Part shown: positions 1-10,674 of the stretch, in pieces
Position numbering within the stretch: position 1 is the first letter of the stretch
How the letters are laid out: every line of letters begins with the position of its first letter
Assembly: GCA_963775685.1 (NCBI GenBank)
Contig: CAVZJV010000014.1
Span: forward strand, 160,001 to 224,000
Length of the DNA stretch: 64,000 nucleotides
Origin: Candidatus Bathyarchaeota archaeon
GTDB taxonomy: Archaea; Thermoproteota; Bathyarchaeia; Bathyarchaeales; Bathycorpusculaceae
Direction: 5' to 3'
Translations under genes and position numbers: made by a program
Notes under the pieces: model-generated
What the model saw: the letters and a program-made list of their open reading frames with translations, nothing else
Databases searched by the model: none
What the model was told of the DNA's origin: nothing

Positions 1-235
1 AAAGACAATTTTCTATTAACATTTCATTTAGCAGAAATTGTCTTTCCCAACAGTCCCATTTGAGAAGAAAGAGGTTAAAGTGTTTACAGAATTATTTTGC
101 TCTTTTCTTTGGATAACAAACTATGTAGCCCTTTAACTTTACCTGATTAAACTCTTGCGGAAGAACACAGATTCAAACACGACGGTAGAGTTCAAACGAA
201 AGCTTTGTACTCGTTTAGTTCGTGATTTTTAAATT

Positions 236-553
236 TTAGCAAAAAACGCATTCTTTAGCGCTTTTTTCTTCAAACGAAAGTTTTTTATGCGTTTTGCTTG
301 GGTTTTTTCTTTGATTAGGGTCGAATATTGTTTGAAGTGGGTATAAATTGCTTGACGAAGAATCTTTTGATTTTTGGAATAATTTTGTCTTTTTTAACAA
401 AGCCAATGCTTCATCGTTTGTAATTCCAAAGGGAAGAAAATCATTGTGGAAACGTTCAAAATGCAGCTGTATCGTACCTACAGCATCGTATTCGTCATTG
501 AGAGTACCCAAATCATATCCACAAGGGCATATTACGTGAATTTTGTTTTTCAA
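236..553 (-). CDS. small putative zinc-binding protein (DUF1059-like CxC...H-x4-H)
   Basis: ICPCGY near the N-terminus and HFERFH downstream give a C2H2-type metal ligand set. Confidence 0.5.
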   Translation of the reverse strand: MKNKIHVICPCGYDLGTLNDEYDAVGTIQLHFERFHNDFLPFGITNDEALALLKKTKLFQKSKDSSSSNLYPLQTIFDPNQRKNPSKTHKKLSFEEKSAKECVFC

Positions 554-976
554 ATAAGGTTCCTTCAGTTTGGTTCTTCAATCTATAAACACTAAATTAG
601 AATATTAACTTCTGTTACTGATGTACCACAGTCACAAATTAAGTTATTACGAAGATTGAACCACTTTAGATATTGCTAAATTTTTTTTGTTCTTCTTGAA
701 AATTACGAAAAATGGAATCGCCTGTATTATTTAGTCAAAGTAGTTTTAGCATATTTTCTCCATAAAAAAGTGTTGTAAGGACGCAACAGACATAAAGGTC
801 GGGTGAGAATTTATTAAAATAGGCAAAGCTATTGCTTTAGAGTCTCAACAGTAACTTGCTTAATTTACCTAATTTGCTGAAACTGCACATCAGTTTGACT
901 TGAGGGTTCTTCGTTTCTCAAGGGTGAAAACAGAATTTTAGGGTAACAAAAAAACGGAAAGATGGGTTGATTTATA

Positions 977-2143
977 TTGACACAAAAACTTGTGTTAGAT
1001 AGTAGCGCAAAGCGTATCGCATATTTGAGCACTTACCCTCCGAGAGAATGCGGTGTTGCAAACTTCACAAAAGATCTAATTGATGCTATATGCGAATTAG
1101 ACGGGCTTAAGCCCTCGGTAATAGCGATAAACGAAAAAAACGCGATTTATAATTATGATCGTCGAGTCAAATGGACAATTGACCGTGACAATGCCAAGGA
1201 CTATGTTAAGGCAGCCGAATACGTTAACTCATCGAGCATTCAATTGGTAGTTATTCAGCATGAATTCGGTCTCTTCGGAGGCGACTACGGTGAGTACCTT
1301 AATTTCTTTCTAGAAAATGTCAAAAAACCAGTTATCCTCACGCTTCACACCGTTCAGCCTAATTTTGACCAAAAAGCGATCGAGGTCTTAAAATGCTTAG
1401 CTAAAAGGTGTGCAACATTTGTCGTAATTGCTCACGCAGCTATTGATATGCTAAAACAACAGGGTATACCTTACACGAAATGTGTTGCTATTCCACACGG
1501 TTGCCCAAGCATAGATTGCACAGATAACAAATCAATTAAAGAATCACTCGGCCTAAAGGGGCGTCTGGTTGCTTCCACATTCGGTCTAATAAGCAGCGGC
1601 AAGGGAATAGAATATGCAATCCAAGCGCTTCCCGAGGTTGTCAAAAAAGATCCCCGAATAATTTACCTCATAATTGGAGAAACTCATCCTGAAGTCAGAA
1701 AGCATGAGGGCGAAAAATACCGAAATGAACTAATTAGGCTCGTTAGTGATCTCGGATTGGAAGAACACGTTCGATTTACAAACAGATTTCTCACCAAACG
1801 CGAATTAATAAAATATCTTCAAGCAACTGACATTTACTTAACACCTTATATATCCCCTAACCAGATTAGCAGCGGCACCCTTACATATGCTCTTGGCGCA
1901 GGAAAAGCAGTGGTGTCTACTCCATATTACCATGCTATTGAAGTGTTGGCTAACGATAGAGGGTTACTCTGTAAATTTGAGGATTCTGCCTCAATTGCTG
2001 AAGGCATCATAAAGTTATTGGATGAAAACTTCCGCGATCAGGTACAAAAAAGAGCATACAAATACAGCAGACGCTTCCTCTGGAAAAACGTGGCAAGAAA
2101 ATACGTGAACCTAATTGAAAAAGTAATTAAGGATAACGAGTGA
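977..2143 (+). CDS. GT4 family glycosyltransferase
   Basis: STYPPRECGVA, QHEFGLFGG, FGLISSGKGIEY, SSGTLTYALGAGKAVVSTPY motifs of the GT-B/GT4 subfamily usually linked to GH130 genes. Confidence 0.9.
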   Translation: MTQKLVLDSSAKRIAYLSTYPPRECGVANFTKDLIDAICELDGLKPSVIAINEKNAIYNYDRRVKWTIDRDNAKDYVKAAEYVNSSSIQLVVIQHEFGLFGGDYGEYLNFFLENVKKPVILTLHTVQPNFDQKAIEVLKCLAKRCATFVVIAHAAIDMLKQQGIPYTKCVAIPHGCPSIDCTDNKSIKESLGLKGRLVASTFGLISSGKGIEYAIQALPEVVKKDPRIIYLIIGETHPEVRKHEGEKYRNELIRLVSDLGLEEHVRFTNRFLTKRELIKYLQATDIYLTPYISPNQISSGTLTYALGAGKAVVSTPYYHAIEVLANDRGLLCKFEDSASIAEGIIKLLDENFRDQVQKRAYKYSRRFLWKNVARKYVNLIEKVIKDNE

Positions 2144-2149
2144 TTACAA

Positions 2150-3217
2150 TTGACAAGTCTTCCAATAAAAATAGATTTTATTAGAGCATTAACAGACGAT
2201 GCAGGAATGTTCCAGCACGCCAAATATGCGACACCGAACAAAAAAGAAGGATACACAACAGATGATAACGCTAGAGCTCTGATTGCATGTACAAAATACT
2301 TCATGTTGTTTAATGATAAAACTGTACAGAAACTTATCGAAACCTACCTGAGCTTATTGTTTTACATGCAGAGAACTGATGGTAAAATGCACAATTACCT
2401 TAGCTATCATCGTAAATTTTTGGATGAAGTTGGTTCAGAGGATTGCATGGGGCGAACAATATGGGCTTCCGGATACTGCTTGGACTCAAACTTACCTGAA
2501 GAAACAAGACTTCTTTCTAAGGAAATTTTTGACAAAGCTTTCAAATGGTCTTCAAGCTTCACATCGCCAAGAGCTAAGGCATTCTCGATTATGGGCTTGT
2601 TTTACTATCAGAAAGCCTATCCAGAGGACCAAAATGTAAAAGTAAACATTAGAGCACTTGCTGATCAATTGATTATATTATTTGAATTGGAATCCTCAAT
2701 GGAGTGGGACTGGTTTGAACCTTACCTAACATACTCCAATGCGCGACTGCCCCATTCACTCTTTTTGGCTTATGAAGCAACCAGAGACGATAGATACCTC
2801 CAAGTAGCATTGAAATCCATGAAATTTCTAATTAATACTCAAACAGTGGAAAACATGTTTGTTCCTGTCGGGAATCGTGGCTGGTATAAACGAGGGTCTG
2901 AAAGAGCAATCTATGACCAACAATCCATCGAAGCCTCCTGTACTACCGAGGCAGCAATTGCCGCTTTTCGAAACACAGGCGAAGCGACCTATCTTAAGGT
3001 AGCCCAGGATGCTTTTGAATGGTTCTTGGGTGGAAACCTGCAGAGGCTAATTGTTTATAACCCGGAAAACGGTAGTTGCTGCGATGGCATAACCCCCCAA
3101 GGATTAAATCTGAACAAAGGTGCCGAATCCACTGTTGCTTACTTTCAAGCTCGCCTAAGCTTGGAAGATGTCAAAGCAATATTGAAACCCACCAAGATAA
3201 TCTCCGCACCTCTTTAA
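2150..3217 (+). CDS. six-hairpin glycosidase-like protein (counterpart of the C-terminal domain fused to GT4 in many bacteria)
   Basis: GMFQHAKY, GYTTDDNARAL, YDQQSIEA, WFLGGN, CCDG, NKGAEST motifs; starts 6 nt after the GT4 stop. Confidence 0.8.
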   Translation: MTSLPIKIDFIRALTDDAGMFQHAKYATPNKKEGYTTDDNARALIACTKYFMLFNDKTVQKLIETYLSLLFYMQRTDGKMHNYLSYHRKFLDEVGSEDCMGRTIWASGYCLDSNLPEETRLLSKEIFDKAFKWSSSFTSPRAKAFSIMGLFYYQKAYPEDQNVKVNIRALADQLIILFELESSMEWDWFEPYLTYSNARLPHSLFLAYEATRDDRYLQVALKSMKFLINTQTVENMFVPVGNRGWYKRGSERAIYDQQSIEASCTTEAAIAAFRNTGEATYLKVAQDAFEWFLGGNLQRLIVYNPENGSCCDGITPQGLNLNKGAESTVAYFQARLSLEDVKAILKPTKIISAPL

Positions 3218-3306
3218 CATAACTGTTAGAAAATTTTTTGACGCACAAAGACATTATTCTTGTTTATTAGTATGGATAATCAAATTGAAACTGGAGATAA
3301 GCTGAT

Positions 3307-3681
3307 ATGATGACTCGCGATTTAATGTTAAAAGAGGTAGTCACAACAAACGGAAGCGCCGTCATAAAGGAGGTAATTGAACTCCTTTTCAAAAGACACA
3401 TTGGATGCATAGTTGTTGTTAACGATTCTCAACAATGCATAGGCATATTCACCGAGCGAGACGCCATAAGAATCGTGGCGCAAGATTTGCCCTTAGACTC
3501 AACAATAGAAAAAGTAATGACTAAAAACCCTTTCACTATTAACGAAGACTCAACTTTTGAAGAAGCAAAAACCATAATCAGAACCCATCAAATTCGACAT
3601 CTACCTGTGATAGACACAGATGGAAAACTAGTAGGGCTCATATCTGTTAGGCACATATTAAATGAACTATGTAGACTATAA
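3307..3681 (+). CDS. CBS-domain pair protein
   Basis: Two CBS repeats (IGIFTERD; IRHLPVID..GKLVGLIS); GGAG RBS upstream. Confidence 0.9.
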   Translation: MMTRDLMLKEVVTTNGSAVIKEVIELLFKRHIGCIVVVNDSQQCIGIFTERDAIRIVAQDLPLDSTIEKVMTKNPFTINEDSTFEEAKTIIRTHQIRHLPVIDTDGKLVGLISVRHILNELCRL

Positions 3682-3712
3682 CTAAAAACACGCTACACCG
3701 AGGAAAAAACAA

Positions 3713-4606
3713 GTGAAACGGTATCCCCACAATCCTATACTTGAGCCGATAGGCACTCATGCTTGGGAATCCAGTTTAGTTTTCAACGCAGCAGCCTTTG
3801 CTGCTAACAATCGCGTCCACATTCTCTATCGAGCAATGGGCACGGATAATGTTTCACGCATAGGGTTGGCATCCTCTTCAGACGGCTACAACATTGATGA
3901 GCGTTTGCCTCTCCCAGTTTTCAGCCCATCAAGCGATATGGAAAGTCAAGGCTGCGAGGATCCCAGAGTCACCCAATTTGGTGATTCACTTATCATGGCT
4001 TATACAGCATACGGAAACCATTTTCAACATCAAGTCTACCAAATTGGAATAACATCCATAAACACAAACGATTTTCTTGCCCGAAGATGGAGGTGGGGCG
4101 AAAGGATTCTGGCTTTTCCTGGAATTCACAACAAAGACGCGGTTCTCTTCCCCGAGAAGTTTAACGGTGACTATGTTATGTTTCATAGGTTAGAACCTGA
4201 CCTCTGCATCGCCCGCTCTACTGACCTACGTCGCTGGTACGGCTTAAAGTACATTCTGGGACCGCGGGAAAAAGGCTGGGATTCCTGGAAAGTAGGCGCC
4301 GCTGGACCACCAATTTTAATAAATGAAGGGTGGCTTCTAATCTATCATGGGGTAAGCGTTGACAAAGTTTACTCTCTTGGTGCTGCTTTATTGGCTAAGG
4401 ATAACCCTGAGCAAGTTCTTTATCGTTCGGAAGAACCTTTTCTAACGCCTACAGAAGACTATGAACGATATGGAAAAGTTCCCAATGTAGTTTTCAGCTG
4501 CGGGCAAGTAATGATGGACGGTCAACTCTTAATCTACTACGGTGGCGCAGATAGTGCATTATGTGTTGCAAACGTTGAGCTTGCGGAACTTTTGCCAAAA
4601 AAATAG
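3713..4606 (+). CDS. GH130 family glycosidase / beta-mannoside phosphorylase
   Basis: NPIL, VFNAAA, GCEDPRV, NKDAVLFPEK, GWLLIYHGV, VPNVVFSCG, YYGGAD motifs. Confidence 0.9.
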   Translation: MKRYPHNPILEPIGTHAWESSLVFNAAAFAANNRVHILYRAMGTDNVSRIGLASSSDGYNIDERLPLPVFSPSSDMESQGCEDPRVTQFGDSLIMAYTAYGNHFQHQVYQIGITSINTNDFLARRWRWGERILAFPGIHNKDAVLFPEKFNGDYVMFHRLEPDLCIARSTDLRRWYGLKYILGPREKGWDSWKVGAAGPPILINEGWLLIYHGVSVDKVYSLGAALLAKDNPEQVLYRSEEPFLTPTEDYERYGKVPNVVFSCGQVMMDGQLLIYYGGADSALCVANVELAELLPKK

Positions 4607-4926
4607 TATATGGCAACTATGATTATCCATGGAACCTGAAATCGTACCTCTTAGTTTATTGGGTCACAAGTTCTGCTATTATAATAGAATACAAAAATTT
4701 GTTAGCCTGTTTCTTTGTATTTTAGTCGAAGTTCATCCATAACATTTACTCTGAAATTTTTTCAGACAAAAAGTTAAATGACTTTTATCATAATCAATTT
4801 AATTTTAACAACTCTAATTCAATCTAAATCGTTTTTTAAATAAACAGAAAAAAAGAAAAAGCGAAGGTTCTAGTTACAGCATGCATGTTTATGGTTCCTG
4901 TTAAATGATGTTTTGCCGCAACGAGT

Positions 4927-5352
4927 TTATGTGTTGTCTTCGGCTTTTATTTCTGTTTCAACTTTGACAGGTACTTGTTCCTTGTAGACAAACAGCACTG
5001 GGCAGCCTGCTTCAGTGCGGCGCCAAGCCGCTTCCACTAAGCCTTTGCGTGCATTCGACGTAATGTTGACTTTCATGGTGACTCCGCTTAACGTGGGTGA
5101 ATTAGGTGTTTTTTCCGCTTCAACCGCAATGTTGATGTTTCCGGGATCGATCTTGCTGTTTTTGCACACGTCCGCGTAGATAATAACGCCGCACCCGGCC
5201 AGAGCCATCAAAGCAAGCTCAAGAGGCGTGGGTCCAGCGTTTGTTCCTCCTGAAGCCTCAGATAAATCGCAGACAACACTGTGCCCTCTGCCGTTATCGG
5301 TTACTAAACGGACATTTTCAAGAAGTTTCGCATTTGCCTTTAGTTTTGCCAT
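4927..5352 (-). CDS. OsmC-like protein
   Basis: GGTNAGPTPLELALMALAGC and later CPV, the two conserved cysteines of OsmC/Ohr. Confidence 0.85.
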   Translation of the reverse strand: MAKLKANAKLLENVRLVTDNGRGHSVVCDLSEASGGTNAGPTPLELALMALAGCGVIIYADVCKNSKIDPGNINIAVEAEKTPNSPTLSGVTMKVNITSNARKGLVEAAWRRTEAGCPVLFVYKEQVPVKVETEIKAEDNT

Positions 5353-5489
5353 AAAATCACTAATTAAGAATTATGCCACTGTCAATTTAAGAATTCTGTT
5401 CCCAAAACTGACCAATGGAATCTACATAAATAATGTGAAGTGTTAAATAGCAAAAAAACCGTTTCAAAATAGCAAAGAGGCATCAATCT

Positions 5490-6554
5490 TTGAAAAACAA
5501 AGGTCCACTATTCATCATTCCTTGGCGATGCACATTTACCTGTAATAACGCCTGCGTCCACTGCACCTCAGCAGGAAAGCCAACAGCGCCAGACGAAGTT
5601 GGAACGAAAGACGCTAAGAAAATCGTTGACCAAGTGGCAGATTTTGGCGCAAGCTTCTTCGGAATCACAGGTGGACAACCGTTTCTACGTAAAGACCTCT
5701 TTGAAGTGCTCGATTACGCCACAGAAAAAGGCTTGTGTACCAGCATAATAACTGATGGGCGGCTTCTCGATGAGGAAGCGTTCAAAAAAATTGTAAAAAA
5801 TCAAACAAAAATTTCTGTGAGCATCGATGGCGCCGAGAAAACCAATGATGCCATACGGGGCAAAGGTGCATACAGAGCAGCCATTTCAGCCATTGAACGG
5901 TTTGCGAGAAAAAAATTACTGAACGTTCTGGTTTACACTTTTGCTAATGCCGGCAAAGTTACAAACGCCAACGAAGAAGACATTCGGCATGTTCTGGATT
6001 TAGCTAAGAAGTATGATGCCCGTTGGGTGGTTTTCCATGGCATGATTCCTTACAATAGCGACCCAGCTTGCCTTAAAGCCGACCTCACCCCCGCTCAGTA
6101 TGAGTGGGCATGCAACAAACTCTACGACCTATCCATAGAGTACAACGGCAAACCCGCCATCAACGTTTACATTCCTTTCTACTCAAGGGTAGCCAAACAA
6201 CGCGGAATGCCTGACTTTGACAACTGGTATACCAACTTCTTTTTGGGCAGATGCTTTTTTGGCAAATTCATGAGTGTGGCAGAGAACGGCGAGGTTATTC
6301 CCTGCAGCTACAATGACGCTTACCGCGTAGGGAACGTCAAAGACAAATCACTTGGAGAAATTTGGGCTGGAATGCAGAACAGCGATTTCTTCAACAACGT
6401 AAAAGACAAAAAAAACATCAAGGGCAAATGCGGTGTATGCGAATACAAAGAGATCTGCGGCGGCTGTCGGTCAGCCGCGTTTTTTTATACGAGTGACATC
6501 TTAAGTTCAGACCCAAGATGCGGGTACATCCCAAAAGTTTTAAGGGAAAAATAG
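5490..6554 (+). CDS. radical SAM/SPASM domain protein (NirJ/Ahb-like)
   Basis: CNNACVHC (CxxxCxxC), ITGGQPF, SIDG; SPASM cysteines CFFG..VIPC..CGVCEYKEICGGCR..C. Confidence 0.85.
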   Translation: MKNKGPLFIIPWRCTFTCNNACVHCTSAGKPTAPDEVGTKDAKKIVDQVADFGASFFGITGGQPFLRKDLFEVLDYATEKGLCTSIITDGRLLDEEAFKKIVKNQTKISVSIDGAEKTNDAIRGKGAYRAAISAIERFARKKLLNVLVYTFANAGKVTNANEEDIRHVLDLAKKYDARWVVFHGMIPYNSDPACLKADLTPAQYEWACNKLYDLSIEYNGKPAINVYIPFYSRVAKQRGMPDFDNWYTNFFLGRCFFGKFMSVAENGEVIPCSYNDAYRVGNVKDKSLGEIWAGMQNSDFFNNVKDKKNIKGKCGVCEYKEICGGCRSAAFFYTSDILSSDPRCGYIPKVLREK

Positions 6555-6656
6555 GCAATTTCAACTGTTTAAATCAAAATTTTGTGAACGAGAGCTGCGT
6601 GCACCAAAGTTGGGGAGATAGGGGTGAAGGGAATCGCTTGGGTGCACGTCACACAA

Positions 6657-6926
6657 CTATGGGCTTCTCAAATGTTGCCGAAAGAGGAAACCACAGGTTC
6701 GTCTGGATCTCTGGTAGTTCAACTGTGCTTTGGCTTTTGGGTATGGTAGCTTCTGCGAGCCTTTGCTTGTTATGAAGACCGAACCGCCGTTTTTGAGGTG
6801 CTCTTTAACTTGGCAGAAATCGACTTGTTTTGATTCTTGGACTTCAACGTCCTCGTTGGCGTCATTGTCAAGTAGCAAAACTTGAAAAACAGATGGCTTA
6901 ATTCTTTTCTTTAGTATAGCCGTCAT
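6657..6926 (-). CDS. hypothetical protein
   Basis: 89-aa ATG ORF with RBS-like AAGGAAG and protein-like composition. Confidence 0.55.
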   Translation of the reverse strand: MTAILKKRIKPSVFQVLLLDNDANEDVEVQESKQVDFCQVKEHLKNGGSVFITSKGSQKLPYPKAKAQLNYQRSRRTCGFLFRQHLRSP

Positions 6927-7020
6927 GACTAAATCTTCCTTTTTATTTGAGATTAAACCTATATTCCTTCAAAAAATGTTTAAAGCTATGTTGTTGCTAT
7001 GGCGCTACCACAAAGTACAT

Positions 7021-7677
7021 TTATTTCAATATAAAATTGAGAATTTGAGGGTCTTTTAGGTTTTCAACGATTAAATCTGGCTTAAGAACTGCAAGCTCTT
7101 GAGAAGAGTAAACGCCTGTTGTGACAGATATGCAACTCATGTTTGCGGCTTTGGCGGCTTTGACGCCGAAAATGGAATCCTCAAAAACCACGCAGTCCTG
7201 CGGCTTAGTGTTTAGTTTCTCGGCAGTTTTCAGAAAAATTTCTGGGTTAGGCTTAGAATGGGAAACTGCCTCTACTGTTAAAACTATATCAAAACAGTTC
7301 GCTAAATCGTTAATCTCAAGTAAATGCATAATGACCGCGCGATTATTCATCGATGCCAGACCAACCTTTACCTTGCCTTGTAGCGCCGTTAAAAGATCCT
7401 GGGTTCCCTCAAACAACTTTACCTCACTGGCTAATTGGATTTGCACTTTACTCTTCTGCTCAACAAGCTGTTTGACTACTTTTTCGTCAACACGTATATT
7501 TTCTTGGCGGAGAATTTCGCGGAAAGTCTCGGACGCGCCGATTCCGATTCTGCGTTCAATGTATTCAGTAGGGACTTCAAGGTGGATTTCTTTGAGTGCT
7601 TTTTGAAATGAAACCACAATTGCTTTTTTGGTGTCAGCAAGCGTGCCATCCCAATCGAAGATTGCTGCTTTAAACAT
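7021..7677 (-). CDS. HAD-superfamily phosphatase (beta-PGM/Gph-like)
   Basis: FDWDGTLAD motif I, KPNPEIF, VFEDSIFGV. Confidence 0.9.
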   Translation of the reverse strand: MFKAAIFDWDGTLADTKKAIVVSFQKALKEIHLEVPTEYIERRIGIGASETFREILRQENIRVDEKVVKQLVEQKSKVQIQLASEVKLFEGTQDLLTALQGKVKVGLASMNNRAVIMHLLEINDLANCFDIVLTVEAVSHSKPNPEIFLKTAEKLNTKPQDCVVFEDSIFGVKAAKAANMSCISVTTGVYSSQELAVLKPDLIVENLKDPQILNFILK

Positions 7678-7696
7678 GACGTTGCCTATTGTCAGG

Positions 7697-8506
7697 TTAA
7701 GCTAAGTTAAGTTTTTCTCGGATGGCTTGGCTTTTTTTGGTGGCTTCTTCGATAGCGAGTATCATGGCTGGGCGGATTTGAGATTTTTCAATTTGGTAGA
7801 TGGCTTCTATGGTGGTTCCTCCGGGCGTGGTGGTCATGTCTTTGATTTTTGCCGGCTCCTCGTTCAAGTCTATAACGAGTTTGCCTGTTCCCATCACGGT
7901 TTGGGCAGCGCATTTTAAAGCAATGTTTCTTGGTAACCCAACCTTGAGCCCTGCGTAGGTCAATGCTTCGATGATTATTGACATGTAACCTGGTCCACTG
8001 CCGCTAACCGCCGTGATTGCATCCATGTATTTTTCGTCCATTTCATCGCAGACACCCATCATGTTCAACAGCGTTTTGACTTTCTCTTTTTCTTCTGCTG
8101 TAACGTTTTCTCCGCAGCAATACGCTGTGTAAGCAGCCTGCACCATCGCTCCAAGATTGGGCATTATCCTAACAATCTTACATTCAACTGGGGCATTCTT
8201 CCTTAGAAAACTTAAAGGTACCGTTGCGGCAACGGAAATTAGGAGTTTGCCCTTGATTTCTTTGTTGATTTCCTTTAGAACCTTCTCGACATCACCAGGT
8301 TTCACGATAATGAAGACAATGTCGGCGTCTGCGGCGGATTTGCGGTTGTCTGAGGAAACTTTTACGCCCATCTTTTCTAAGTCGCTGAGTTTTTCTGGGG
8401 CAATGTCTACAGCTGTAATTTTGCCAGTGTATTTTCCTTTGAGTAGGCTTTTGATTATGGCGCTTCCCATCATGCCAGCGCCGATTACGGTGATTTTATC
8501 GTTCAT
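7697..8506 (-). CDS. proC: pyrroline-5-carboxylate reductase
   Basis: IGAGMMG Rossmann motif, RIMPN, AVSGSGPGY, TTPGGTT. Confidence 0.95.
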   Translation of the reverse strand: MNDKITVIGAGMMGSAIIKSLLKGKYTGKITAVDIAPEKLSDLEKMGVKVSSDNRKSAADADIVFIIVKPGDVEKVLKEINKEIKGKLLISVAATVPLSFLRKNAPVECKIVRIMPNLGAMVQAAYTAYCCGENVTAEEKEKVKTLLNMMGVCDEMDEKYMDAITAVSGSGPGYMSIIIEALTYAGLKVGLPRNIALKCAAQTVMGTGKLVIDLNEEPAKIKDMTTTPGGTTIEAIYQIEKSQIRPAMILAIEEATKKSQAIREKLNLA

Positions 8507-8573
8507 GGGTGTTCACTTTATCTTTTAGAAACACGGGTTTTGCTCTTTAAACTTTCGTAGTCAAATTTTGGGC

Positions 8574-9795
8574 TTATTTGGCCGTGACTAGTTCTCTGAG
8601 CGTTTTGTGCATTGCTAAGGCGGGGGCATTTGTTTTGATGCTTCTAGGGTTGAAGTGGGTTTGAACTGCTTGGAAGCCGCTGCGCTGAAGTGCCGCTATG
8701 AACGTTTGGTTTGATGGTGCTGGAAGCTTGAGTTTTCCGCTTAACTTGTCGATAACATAGTAAGTGGGAGGTTCTGTGGCTTCGGCTTTGGTTAGGGTTA
8801 GGAGTTTTGTTATTTTGGCGCTGTTTTTGAATGCGGTATTCTTGTTTTCATTTGATTATTTGGTCAATGAATGCGGGGTCAGAGATGCTGTCTATCCATA
8901 ATGGTCCTGCATGCTCCATTTTTGCGCCGCATTCAGGGCATTGGTTGTTTTTGCCAAAAATTTGGTGCGCAGTTTCTCGGTGTAGACAGCTAAAGCAATG
9001 GAGAATGTAGCCTGTTTTTTTGAGGCTTTCATCGGCTCTTTGGCACCCGTAGGCGATTTGTGCGTAGACTCGTATGTAGTGGTCGTTGCTGTGGCTGAAT
9101 AGGATTTGGATGCCAATGTCCTGTTTTGCCGCCAACGACGCCATACAACCCGCCAAAAGCCGCACGGCCAGTTCATGACAGTACTCCGTACGCATCGGTC
9201 TACCTCCATATTTTCGAACACAAGCCTTCGCATGAACCCCGCAAAGAGGCGCCAAATCTGTTGCAGTAACAGCCAATAATCCCTTGTTTTTTAGGGCTCT
9301 AAATGATGAATCCAAATAGGGAACAGGGGTACCAAATGGGTCGATGTCTACTATATCGAAGCGTTTTTTGGGTGAAGCGTTAATGCTTAGAACACAGTTA
9401 GCGTCTTGGTGCTTTAGTGTGATTTTGTCTTCCTGCTTGTTTAGTTCGATATTGTGTTTTGCCAGTTCACAGGCTATGGAGTTGATGTCGCTTAACAGCA
9501 CTTTGCTAACTCCCTCGATTTCGGCGGCGTATCGGATGCCGCGGATACCTTGGCTTGTGAAGGGTTCGCAGACGGTGACTTCATGGTTTACCACATGTTG
9601 GTAGGCTTTGAAGGCTAAAACGGATAAGTCGCGGTTGAATTCCATAACGGGGTTGTAGAAAACAGGAGCGCGGGAAGGTGCATAATCGCTGGGCACCACG
9701 CAAAAGGCTTTCAAGTCTGGCACTAAGACTTGGACTTTGCCTTCCTTTACTGTTACGCTTGGAAAATCAGCGACATAACTGGTTTTTTCTGCCAT
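8574..9795 (-). CDS. trm1: tRNA (guanine26-N2)-dimethyltransferase, one frameshift near 8850
   Basis: VFYNPVMEFNRD, GIRGIRY, DIDPFGTP, TATD, zinc-finger CxxC pairs; C-terminus continues in another frame (ENKNTAFK...THFNPRSIKTNAP...TAK*) to the stop at 8574. Confidence 0.9.
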
Positions 9796-9923
9796 AGTCT
9801 TCCACGATTACTGCTAAGAATTAAATTATATTGCTTAAAAACGTTCGATAAACAGATTTTAAAATGCGCGTCTATCAAGTGACATCAAAAACGATAAAGT
9901 CTAATTAAGCGGCATAAGAAAGC

Positions 9924-10612
9924 ATGAAATCGATCCAAACATTGGTTGCATTCACTTTAACTTTACTATTAGTTTCCTTGGCTGTCTCTGTTGCTGATGC
10001 ACAAAAACAGGCTTCCTCTTATGACTTGGGTGATAAAGCTCAGACTACGGCTGCTGATGGAAAATCAGCTTTTTTGTCTGCGACATAAAAGTCACTATAG
10101 AGACAGAGCCAAAAGGCGGTTGGGTTAGTGGCAAAAATTATCAAGTGAATTGGACTCTACGGCTTGATTGCGCGAACCCATACTTGGTAAATGGCCGCAG
10201 TTTCTTTGTTCGCTTTTATCTTCCCTCACCCGCCGTCACCAATCCAACGATTCCTGCAGTGATTATTGTTAACCAGACGGAGTTGAGCATAACAAAGAAA
10301 ACTGGAACGTTAAGTGCATTGTTCACTCCCACGGACACTTCTGATGGCTTCTTTATGAATCCTGAGTTTCCTTTTGCGGTGTACATTGACGGGAAAATGC
10401 CGGCGGAGAAGTATGGGTCAGGCGTTTGGTGTGGAGAGGTGGAGTTTCAACTAATATAATAGCCTGTGAAGTTCCGATGCAACATCATTCCCAATCCCAC
10501 ACCTTCATCTCAGTTCACATCGTTAAAGGTGACTTTTGTAGTCTCTATTGCATTATTGTTAGCGATTTTAGCGCTGGTAATAGTGAGAAAACGCAAAGTA
10601 TTCGTAAGCTGA
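9924..10612 (+). CDS. putative secreted, C-terminally anchored protein (frameshifted)
   Basis: Signal peptide MKSIQTLVAFTLTLLLVSLAVSVADA from 9924, middle part in ORF 10145-10459, hydrophobic TM plus RKRK tail ending at 10612 in another frame. Confidence 0.5.
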
Positions 10613-10674
10613 AACGAGCCCAAAAAGAATTTTATTGGCATGTTAGACTTATCTTACGGTGGATGTAAAAGGCG

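Noticed and set aside
8848-8850. TGA in trm1 as selenocysteine/readthrough
   Set aside because: The conserved C-terminus is in a different frame, so this is an indel rather than a recoded stop
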